Assembly: GCA_002269645.1 (NCBI GenBank)
Contig: NIVC01003207.1
Coordinates: forward strand, 1 to 64,000
DNA: 64,000 nucleotides
Reading direction: 5' to 3'
From: Macrostomum lignano
Taxonomy: Eukaryota
Part shown: piece after piece, positions 23,801 to 35,800 of the stretch
Numbering within the stretch: position 1 is the first letter of the stretch
Layout of the letters: the number at the start of each line of letters is the position of its first letter
Position numbers and translations under genes: made by a program
The notes under the pieces: model-generated
Seen by the model: only the letters and a program-made list of their open reading frames with translations
Told to the model about the DNA's origin: nothing
The model's database searches: none

Positions 23801-26800
23801 TAACAGTCCTGACGCCCTCTGTCTAACAGCCCTGACACCCTCTGTCTAACAGTCCTGACACCCCCGTGTCTAACAGTCCTGACACCCTCTGTCTAACAGT
23901 CCTGACACCCCCGTGTCTAACAGTCCCGACACCCTCTGTCTAACAGTCCTGACACCCCCGTGTCTAACAGTCCCGACACCCTCTGTCTAACAGTCCTGAC
24001 ACCCTCTGTCTAACAGTCCTGACACCCCCGTGTCTAACAGTCCTGACACCCTCTGTCTAACAGTCCTGACACCCTCTGTCTAACAGTTCTTTTTCAGTTG
24101 AACAAAAAGTTTCTTCGTCCAGGTCAAAGAGTGCCACAAGCCAGAAATAATGAATCGAGGCACAAAAGAAGAGCTAAGGGCAGATTGCGCAGAGTGAATT
24201 ACCATCGCAAAAACAGTATTTACATGTAGTTCGCATAAAAAGTTCGTTTTTCAAGAAAAATAAGAAACTTAAAAGTTAGTATTTTCAGTTTGATACATGT
24301 AGTTAGGCTGTCAAACTTCTTCTATTAACCAGTGAATGATGGCGCACAAACAATTGAGTATTGAAGCAAACTAATATACGCGTAGATCTGTGTGAGGAAT
24401 GCCTGACACCCTAGCGCGTGCAACAGTTTTATACTTAGTTCTTTTCTTTCGCAAATCTTTTCATCAAATTAAATGATGCTTCCTAAGGTGAGAAGGTCTT
24501 GTACGTGAAAGTGTCCGTTTTGGATAGAAAAAGCAGATGAATTGCAAAGTTGACTGTGTTTTTCTTTTGCTCTGCAACGTATCTGAACTTATTTAGAGTT
24601 CAGTTTAATGGAAGATTTTGTGAGTTTGTTATATTGTACAAAACTGTTTAAGGTGATTTTTAAACTTTTTAAAAACTTTTCTATGCATCGTTTTTTCCGC
24701 TTTCTAAACAGGGCACCCAGTTCACGTACGACATACCCGATGGACTGATTGAGGGCGACTGCGTTGAGGTGAAAGGTCGACTCACTGGGAAGCGGTAAGA
24801 ACGTACTGTTTATTATTGTGAAGTAAGAAACGGGTAGGTATGATGTAGTCATGGACAGGTAGTCACAGACAGGTAGTTACGGACGGGTAAACACGGACAG
24901 GTAGTCACAGACAGGTAGTTACGGACGGGTAGTCACGGACATGTAGTTAGGGACAGGTAGTTACGGACAGGTAGTCACGGACATGTAGTTATGGACAGGT
25001 AGTCACGGACAGGTAGTCACGGACAGGTAGTTAGGGACAGGTAGTCACGGACATGTAGTTAGGGACAGGTAGTCACGGACAGGTAGTTACGGACGGGTAG
25101 TCACGGACAGGTAGTCACAGACACAGACAGGTAGTTACGGACAGGGTAGTTGTACTGCTTAAGGGGCCCCAATATATGAGCAGATTTATTACATTTACCT
25201 TGCGCACTTTGATGGTGTGACTATCATTCATCGTTTGCAATTAAATACTAAGGTAAATATCAATCAGTTCACTTAGGAGGGTTTAACTTTCGTCTCAGCA
25301 CCCTCGGGCCTCTTGCTTTAGTAATTACAGTAGTCATGCAGAGGTAGTCAGTACAGTTAGGGATAGGCTGTATAGAACAGGACAGGTAGCATAGGCGATA
25401 CCTTTATGACTGGACAGGTAGGCAAGACAGGTAGATGTATGGCACAACAATAGGTAAGTGCATGTTTCGCTAGATTCTATAGAAAAAAAGAAATTTAGTC
25501 AGTAAGAGAAAAAGGGTCAAAGAATATTTGTCGAACACTTCAAACCGACTTCTGTAGGCAAATAGTAAATTGTATTGAGAGTCAAACTTGACTGACATGC
25601 ATGGCTGAAAGAGTCTTTTCGATGCGTTTTTTTATTATTTGACTTCACGATGCTTTGGTATTGCCTAAGCCTGTTTTAAATCCAACAATATTAACAAAAA
25701 TAGGGTATGCCTGGAGCTCTCGGGAGCGCTGACAAAAGTACCGAGTACAGCTGCAGCTGACGGCGATGCCGAGAAGGTTGAGGAGCACCGAGTTGTACCG
25801 CTGCGACTCAGATTCAGCCGGGGCGGCAGGTACAAGCTCCACTCGGACTATTTGGGTCGGGAGGCTTCCAGGCGTGGTCGGTTCCGATACGACTTTCAGG
25901 CTGACAGTCAGTTCATTGTGCAAATTCGCATTCTTCACTTGTACTATGATGTAAGTTGGAACTGTAGTTTCACAACGTTTGGAGTTATAATTGGGGCCTT
26001 TATTTGCAATTAGTAAGATTGTGTCAGTCCAGGGACAAGCTTGTGTCACATGCAGATCGGAGGTTGTGTCAGTCGAGAGACAAGCTTGTGTCACATGCAG
26101 ATCGGAGGTTGTGTCAGTCGAAAGACAAGCTTGTGTCACATGCAAATCGGAGGTTGCGTCAGTCCGGAGACAAGCTTGTGTCAAATACAGATCGGTGGTT
26201 GCGTCAGTCCATAGAAACGCTTGTGTCGAATCTCTTATGTCTAAAAACTTTACTCACTTTGATCCTCTCCCATGAACTAAACCAGATCCGCATCAACGAC
26301 ATCGAGCTGATCAAACTCGAGCACGGCCAACTGCACAACGAAATTCAGATGCTGTCGCTAGACGGCGATGCCGAATTCACCGCCGTTGACTTTATCGACT
26401 TGGAAGACCTGACGGAAGCCACAGGAGGGGGATTAGCAATCAGCTTGCCAATGGGAGATCCTATAGACAACTCCAGTCCAGCTAGCGAGCCAGGTAAGAC
26501 GTCTGTGACCTCCGTAGGGAAATCGCCAGACCTTTGACATTGCAACTTGAAGGCAGGAGTCTGACAATATGCACGGTCATATACTAGCTAATCTGTGGAT
26601 AGTTCAAATAAATCAGCCTGCAGATTTTCGTGCTATTCCTGCCCATGAAGGCCAACCCATATAAACCCCCAACCCCCAACCCCCAACCCTCACCCCTAAC
26701 CCTCAACCCCAACCCCAACTCCCAACCCCCGACTCTCACCCCAAACCCTCACCACTATCCCCCCACCCCAACCCCCAGCAATCTATAAAGTGACTACAAC

Positions 26801-29800
26801 ACGACTACTAAAATCGATTTATTCGGAAGTTTCGCTTCGTACCTGGTTTTGCACCGTTAAGCACGCATTTGATTTTATGTACTAATTAATCGCATGCAAT
26901 TCAGTATAATACATGATTAGTATTCTCGCACCTAGACGTCAAAGCCCCCGGTTATTGCAGAGCTAATAGTACCGAAGAAGTTCAGAAAGCAAAATGCTCA
27001 GCAACCAGTGCTTGACACCATCGACACTGCCGGCACGATGGATTATGCCGATGGGCGAGCGGCACATCAGCAGCAGCGGACGAAACGACGGACAGAAGAA
27101 CCGACCTCCGAGATGCCAGCCGGCGTCAAGGCCAGGAAAACTAAGCTGCCGTCTAGCAGATCAAAAGAAAACGATGCGCATCCTGAGTTGACGGTCGATT
27201 CAGCAGAGCAACGACTGGAATTGAAAGACAGCTCGACAAGCGAGGCCAGATGGTCTCGCGACAGGAGACCGAAAGGACTGGCAAACAATGACAAGCTGGT
27301 GGTAGCAGAGTTGCCAATTCAAAGCGACAAGCAGCCAAAGCAAAGTACTGGAGAGCCAAGACGGTCAAAGCGAACATCTGACCAGCAGCAAACGCTTCAA
27401 CAAGGCAACAAAGCTGAGCTAGGATTCGACATTAAAGACTCAGAATCTATACAAGAAAGATCTCAAAGGAAAAAGACAACCAAGTCACCCAGGACATCCT
27501 CGAAGGCTTCGAATTATTCTACATCGGAAGTCGCAGATCTAGGAGTTATCGAAACTACAGACTACAGTTCAACTAGGGATCCAACTCACAGGACAAAGAC
27601 AGGAAAGTCCCCAAGAGAATTGTCAAAGGCATCAAATTCATCGAATTCAGAAGCTGCAGACTCTATAAAAACCGATTCCAAGCAGCAGAGGAGACAGAGA
27701 CGCACAGCTGGTTCAAAAGAGCGACAACACAGAGAGCAGCGCCAGCAATCAGACTCACCAGGACTCATGTCAAACCAGACGGAAGAAAGGCAGAAAAACC
27801 TGTCAGAGGAGGAGTATTGCAAAGTAGAGGCACAACAACCGCAATCGATGCTTCCAATATACCAGCAAACGGATGAGCAACACAAAGACGCGGAAACAAC
27901 TAAAAGAAGAAAATTGGCTCAAGAAGATGAAACTAAAGAGTTGCATCAATCCAGATCTAAACAGCCGTCAAAACGGGAGACTAGTTCAAATCAGTACTCA
28001 AAATCGAAACCCGATGCACGTCGGCCAAGGCAAGAGCAGGACTTTGCGCAAAATGGAAGTCAACCTCGTGCAGAAAGCGTCACTACCCAAGCGCCTATCT
28101 CAAGTGTTCTAGCAGAGCAGCAAGAACTGCAAAATGCAGAGTCTGTTAAAACGAAGGAAATGCAACCGCGCACTCAACAGCAACAGCCTGAAGAAGCAAC
28201 AATCTTCAAGACGGAGAAACCAACTGCTAATCAGATACGATCACCTTCTGCAAAGTTGGATAGACCAACTTTAGAGAGAAATTTGCAGCAACCCGTAGAC
28301 TCATTGACAGATCCATCCAAATCGGTATCAAGACCCAAAAGTCTTGATGTGGAACAAAACAGCAGCAAAGACGCAGCACAACCGGTGATAAAAAAACCAA
28401 ATTCGTTGAAATCGCAGCCACAAAAACTCGATTCTCCAAAGACTGGAACGGATCCTCATCATCAGAAGGAGCATTCAGCACCACCTGGCTCTGATCATGT
28501 TGATACCAAGCCTAACAGACAAAAGTTGGACACTTCAAAAGCTCAAAAGCAGCAAATTCCAGCTGGGTCTTACAGTGTCCCAACTCCAACGTTGCAGCAG
28601 CAGCAACAGCGACGACCACAGGGTCAGAGCTCTCTCGGCCGACCAAGGAGGGGCAGCGGCGCTGGCGAGGCAGAAGTTTTACCCCCCTCGGCGCCCAGCC
28701 AACAGCAACAACAACAGAAGCAACCGCACAATGTTCAGAGTTTTCCGCCAGTAAAATCCGCTCTTCCTAAAGCACCCAATAAACAAAGACTTGGCGAATC
28801 TAGGGCCGATACAGCAATTCAATCTCAAGACGCACCGGCACCGGGCTCTTATAGTTCTCCAAGGGCTCAGCAACAAAAGCTGAAAAGAGCCGACGTTGAA
28901 CCTCAGCACGAGTTAGAAATCTCTGGCTCATACAACATCGAGGCGCAGCAGTCTGCAGTCAAGCAGAAGTCTCACCAACAAAGACTTGGTGAGGATTTAA
29001 GGCAGCAGGGAGCGAAATCCTCTAGCAGGCGACGCGGTTCTGCTGGAGAAAAAAAAGCGTCTGCATGTAAGTTGCGGGATGGCCCGAACGAATTTTTTTA
29101 ATGCCCTTCAATAGTAAGAGATTTAGCGGCATCTAAATATACCAAAGACAAAAAGGTATTAATTTCATTGTTTTTCAACGAACTTCACTACAAACGTATA
29201 AAAGGCACAATGATTATAATCGTTGCAATACTAATACAATCGCCCAGCACTGCACGAATAGTTACAGCTCCACCAGTTGAGCAATAATCTAAAATTAATT
29301 ATATTATATAGTTACTAACCAAAAGTGCACTGTAGAGTCTAATATAGCTCTTACTACACTTGTTATTATACTACGGAAAAACTGAAAACGAAAAGCATAG
29401 GAGAGGTCAAATTAAACTCTCATCAATTGAGCTTGCTCAATGAGCCAGTGGTTAGAGATTTTTTAATGTACTGAACGACAATAAAGGCTTGACTGGGTAT
29501 GAAGAGTCTAGTCAGGTAAAAATTATTGTAGATAACAAGGCTGAAATGACAGGATTTTGTACATACGAGCGTACATGCTTATATTTGTACATAAATCTGC
29601 CTTGCTCTTGCTCTTAACCAATCAGAGAGCCTCTGAGAGACATCTTGCTTACTGATATTGTCATTGCAGTTAGTTCTGAGCCAGAACGGCTTGTTAAAGA
29701 CTTGTTAAAAATGTTGTAACGCCATTAAACTCTTAGATCATTGAACCAAATTTTCAGTGGACGGAGTTTATCGAGTTGTCCCAGTAACTCCAGTTGTCTC

Positions 29801-32800
29801 AGCGCTTCCAGTAGCCAATCAACAACAGCAACAGCAAATTCTGTTGAAGCAGAAGCAGCTCAAACAGCAGAGCCAACAGCGTCAGGAGAGCGCAGGCGAA
29901 ATGTCTGACTCACTGTGGAAAAGCCAACACATAGACGAAGACAATCTTGTCAGTCTCACCGATTCGCAACTCGATTCAGCTGACTGCCCGTCAGCCGCGG
30001 CAGACCAAGATGTTGCTCCTAAAAGCAACAGAAGCAGCAGCAGAAAGAGCAGCAGCGGTCTGTCCTCCGTGGCCGAGGCGAACGCCGACGCAGCAGGACC
30101 TTGCAGTGCCGCAGACCTCACCCAGCAGTACATGTACTACGCTGCGGATGAATCTTCAACATCACCCAGTGCTCCAGCTGCCGCTGCTGCTGCTGCTGCT
30201 GCAGTTTCATCGCCAATAGAAGTGGCCAGAGACGCCAGCGAATTCTTTGTTGAGCCTCAGCCCCAGCATCAGCTGATGCAGCAGCAGCCATCGTCGCTAG
30301 ATGCTGTTAAACGACTCGACATAAGCGGCCCGTGGAGTATTCAAGAGCGTCGAAAGGTTCCGCCCAGTAACGACACCTTTGACGAAGACGGTAGCAGTCA
30401 GACTGCAGCCGACCAGGCGTTCCGGCATTCCGCCACGCCGTCGGAGCTGCTGTACGCGGAGAGCAAAGTGTACGACACCATCACTGTTGAGGTGAGGAAG
30501 TGCTTCTTGAAAGCTTGCTGTAGTTTTTTAATTTAGCTAATATGCTTAAATGCTTAGCTTATATACTATATTATAGCAAAACTTAAAAACCATTTTTTTA
30601 ATCTTTTCACTCACGGCTTTGGTATTGTTCAAGTGAGTTCTTCTCAAATCTAATCAAATCAAATCATACTACTTTACCATCATGTTGGCTAACAAACGGT
30701 ACAGTGGCTTTTAGTTATAGTGCTGATTCGCTTCCTTGTAGTCAATCGGATACTTGAAAAACTGGCCATGAAAGTATTTCTCCCAGTCGATGAATAGCTA
30801 TCTACTGTGAAAAATTTTGGCTGCGGTCGATTTTCTTTTAAAAAGTCGCGTTTTAGGACCTACAGTATTCGTTGTGATTCTTGGGCTAGAGCCAAATGAG
30901 ACATAAGCTTGGATAAGGTGGTGGGTGTAACTGTGTTTACATTCTAATGGCTTGAATTTGTACATGCAGATTAGGTAAATTCTAAAGTTAATCTGAGAAT
31001 TGTCATAGAATTAATCTTTTTTACAATTAAACGTTTATTTTTCACGAATTTATTTTAAAAAACTTTAATAACAATTTAAAGTAAAAGTTTAACCAAATTT
31101 ATAAAATAGCAGAGAGAAAAAATTAGCTTTGCTAAACAGAGTCTCAAAAATGAACTTGCCTACATGTGAGTCAATTGTTATTCTTGTTCTGATTTTTCTA
31201 GTTGTATTCTAAAATTAAAACGTATTAGAGAAACGACAGAAAAAGTGCAAAGAGATAAATAGAACTTGCTTAACATTGCATTTTATACAGTTCAGTTTAT
31301 AGCATATTTTACAGCTTAAGCATTGGCACCAGATACTTGAACTCGCCGTGAACCCAAAGCATGAATCAAATCCGGCGACTGCCAAGCGCTGTATCCTCGG
31401 CTAGTAAAAAATTCGATAATTGTTGCATTATCCAATCCCGACATGTGCTGCGCTACCCATTCCATCTGCACTACGGTGAACTTGAACTTGGCGAATAAGT
31501 TACCAGATGTGCGCAGAAAGTCTGCCTCACCGCCTTCAACATCCAGCTTCATAACGATATTCTGCGTGCTGATGATGACTGAGCCCAGTTTCTCCGTTCT
31601 AACTGGCATAACGGGTATCGAGTCGCGCAAATCTTGGCCGAATTTCGTCGCTCCACCGACGTTGCAGTCGCCGGGAAAGTTCAAGTAGGCCAGCTGATTG
31701 TCGAACGATATCCAGAATATTTTTGTCAAATGGGTGGAACAGCTTGCATAGCGGATAGCCGTCCAACGTTTTCTCGTAAGCTCTGACATTGCTGCATAGC
31801 GCGTCTCGATAGCTCGGGTGCAGAAATTTGATCTCACGCAACACTTCGTAGAGTTTGCATCGCTTCTCTTCAGACTCAAAGCCGAAATAAATGTGATTAG
31901 ATATACAGCAAAGATTAAACAGGCGGGAAAAATGCCGCAACTTGAAATTCCAATCAATAGACTATTCAGCCAAGACTAGGGTAGAAAAATCAGCAAAACT
32001 ACACATTTAAATACAGTTTGGACTGTTTTTAGACTGAAAGCACACTGGTCCCCGTACCAGAGGGATGGATAGCGCGAACAGTATAACAAACGCGCTTTTT
32101 CCTAGCCCCAGTCAGTTCAAACTTAGAAGCTGATCTGTCTCCTCATTCGTCTAGCTTTTTGTTAACAGCTTATCCAGTCTGGTTTGAGCCAATAACTAAA
32201 CTAGTTCTCCGATAGCTTGAAATTATCTAAGCGGACGAAGTGTCTGAACTCATGAAATTGGACGACGAAGACTACACCATCAGACTTTTAGAGGTTAATG
32301 AAACCTAAAAAAGACTCAATCATGGAGTGGGTGTGGCGTGCGTGAACTAATTAAAAACGCTTAGGGCATTACTTCATCGGTATTTTTTGCTTTTTAATGT
32401 AACTTTAAAAACATCGCCGCGCTAAATGTCGTAGCAATTTGGTAACTTCTGCTAAATAACCACCACAACGCGCCTTTAAAACCCAATCTTAAGCCAACAC
32501 CGGCAAAAGTGAGTCGGCTGCAGGCAACCAGTGTAACTACGAGTACAAATCAGCCTCAGACATCTACTCCGACAAACCAAGACGATTACAACCTCGAAGT
32601 CGCGACCGCAGCCGCAGTTGCAGCCTCTGCTTCATCTGCTGTTGAACGCAACGAAAGCCAACGATCAGCTTTATCTGACGAAACAACTTCTTTAGAGCTA
32701 CCGCGCAAAAAGTCCCAATCGGCAGAGCAGCAACAGCAGCAACAGCATCATCATCAGCAGCAGCATCTGCATCTGTTCTGCCGGTCGCAGAGTTACAGTC

Positions 32801-35800
32801 TAGAGCACGCTCAACGCAAAGTACGCGGTAGCGGCGCCTACCCGAGGCAATGAGCGACGGAATCTATCGACCATTGACTCAATCGAATGAAAGTCTGTCT
32901 CTACCAGCGGCGCTTCCCGTAGAACCGGGGTCGAAAACTCCGAAGACTCCGTCGCTTAGGTCAGTTGAGACTGGCGGTAGAGCAGAAAGCCGTACTACGG
33001 ACCAGATGGCGACCGTAGCCCGAGCGGAGTCTGCAACTTCTGCGACGTCTAAAAAGAGTAAAAGCAAAAGTGTCGAGCATCTAGACGGAGCCAGCGATAC
33101 TGACAGCGTCTGGATGGCCGATTTCAGCTTCCACGATCGACTGGCTCGGTCGAGCTCGTCGGTGTCGCAGCGTCAGGCAGCTCCATCATCTGCCGATCGT
33201 CGACGTCAACAGGCACGAAGAGATTTGAACGACAACGGCGGGTTTATCTTGACTGCTCAACTACCGACGACAGTTCAGCAAGCGAACAGCAGCAGCGAGC
33301 TCGTAACCGTCTCTGACCTGCTGGAGACCGCCAGCTTGGCCAGCGACGCTCGAATTCGTGACCCGGAGCTCTGCAGCTTTCGCAGATCCATTCAAGAGGA
33401 TCTTCTGGCACGTCGACAACCGAGCAACGCTGGCGCTTATCTCCGATCCTATCGGGCCACAGTCGAGCCGGACAACCATTCGTCATTTTTTCATGTCCGC
33501 TCCACGCCAATTGACGACAAAAACGACAGTACGCAGACAACTGATGACGACGACGCAAGCTCGGTGTCATCTTCGGAGTCGGGTCTGTCAACGGATTCGT
33601 CGTTGGCGGCAGCGCTGCAGGCTATGGAGATAGTGGGGGAATCAGATAGTCTGTCGGAAGAGCAGAAGCTGAGGCGGTCGAGAAGGCGGCTGCGACGGCT
33701 GCGGCGACAGCGTCGAAACTCATTGAGGCGACGGAAGCAGCTCGCGGCCGCCGCTGCCGTCGCTGCTGCGGTGGTAATTGAAATTTTATCCGAAATCTTT
33801 TACACCGAATGTTCTATTTTTTACCGGATTTTGTTTTATCGCATGCTGAAGTTAATTCGATGTCTTAACAAACGGTTAGATTCGATTCGATTTTACGTAA
33901 TTGCATGCTTTATATTGTATAGTAACAGTTCGGCTTGCAACATAAAGATAATTCAGTTGTCTATATGTTTTTACTTAGAGTAGGCACGTAAGTAACTGAA
34001 GCAAATGCACATAAAAATACAATTATTTTATTGCACATGACGCTTGTTTTTAAAAAAAAATTATTATGCTTTGTTATAATCTAGTGCTATTGACGTAACA
34101 CGCTACTGCATGATGAGCAAACGGATAAATGTAGATTTTTTCAGTAAAAATTTTATTACTAATTGCTTCATTCCCACAGTCCGAGCCAGAACCATTCGTT
34201 GCTCACCTACCGGAGCCCCTGCGCAGCGGCCGAAGGATAATTGTGAGCGGGCAGTTCAGCGAGAGCACGAAACGGTATGAGGAACCGGAAATGATTCACT
34301 ACGATTTGGAATCAATCAATGATGACACCATCATTCTAAATACTCTATTTATTCTAGATACCCTAGTCATTCTATTAATAAATACCCCATTCATTATAAA
34401 TACCCGAGTAATTCTAAATACCCCAGTCATTCAAAATACCCCAATCATTCTAAATACCCCAGTCATTCTAAATACCCAGTCATTCAAACTACCCCAGTCA
34501 TTCTAAATACCCCAGTCATTCAAAATACCCCAGTCATTCTAAATACCCCAGTCATTTAAAATACCCCAGTCATTCAAAATACCCCAGTCATTCTAAATAC
34601 CCCAGTCATTCTAAATTCCCCAGTCATTCTAAATACTCCAGTCATTCTAAGTACCCCAGTCATTCTAAATTCCCCAGTCATTCTAAATACCCCAGTCATT
34701 CTAAATACCCCAGTCATTCTAAATACCCCAGTCATTTAAAATACCCCAGTAATTCAAAATACCCCAGTCATTCTAAATACCCCAGTCATTTAAAATACCC
34801 CAGTCATTCAAAATACCCCAGTCATTCTAAATACCCCAGTCATTCTAAATTCCCCAGTCATTCTAAATACTCCAGTCATTCTAAGTACCCCAGTCATTCT
34901 AAATTCCCCAGTCATTCTAAATACCCCAGTCATTCTAAATACCCCAGTCATTTAAAATACCCCAGTAATTCAAAATACCCCAGTCATTCTAAATACTCCA
35001 GTCATTCTAAATTCCCCAGTCATTCTAAATACCCCAGTCATTCTAAACCCCATTAATTTTAAATATCCTATTCATTCGTAACACTCCAGTTATACTAAAC
35101 ATTTCATTCATTCTAAACACTCCATTCATTCTAAACAATCCATTCATTCTAAACACTCCAGTCATTCTAAATACATCTGTCATTCTAAATACCCCAATAA
35201 TTTTAAATTCCCCATTCATTCTAAATACACCTCAGTCATTCTAAATACCCCAGTCATTATAAATAGCTCAGTCATTCTACATACCCATTAATTCTAAATA
35301 CCTTAGGTTTGTCAATGATTTTGCAAATTCAAATGCAGTATCTTCCAGTTACAATCGAATTAGTAATTTCTTCGTTATCTTTTAAATCCCCCAGAGCCAC
35401 TCTGTCACTTAGAAACAGCAAACGCAGCGGCATCAGTGCCTCTACAGACAACGCCAAGACTAGGAAAGCAGCAGCAGATGTTGAAGAAGAGTTTCTGGTA
35501 CAGCTGAAGCAACTGGATGAAGAGGGCGGCGCCACTGAGCTGACTTGTCGGCAGTACAACGGTCGCGAGTGGACCAGCGAGCAGCGCTCGATGACTCGAG
35601 CTTTGAAACCGAATAAAACTGGAAGTTTTTGCGTCGAGATTCACACATCATCTGTGGCTTTCACCGTGAGTTCACGTTTGCGGTTTCCTTTTTTTCATTG
35701 TTTGTTGTGTTTAGCAACGCGTAGAAACTCTAGCAAAATGCACTGATTGGTTTTCGTCAGCGATAGTGCTTGGTTTCCGTGTCTAGAAGTAGTTGGTTTC

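Noticed and set aside
21990-24086. CRISPR-like array
   Set aside because: Head-to-tail units with no unique spacers and no cas genes, in a eukaryotic context.
26665-26776. Interstitial telomere-like repeat
   Set aside because: Irregular CCCCAA/CCCTAA mix with only isolated canonical units. Low-complexity DNA.
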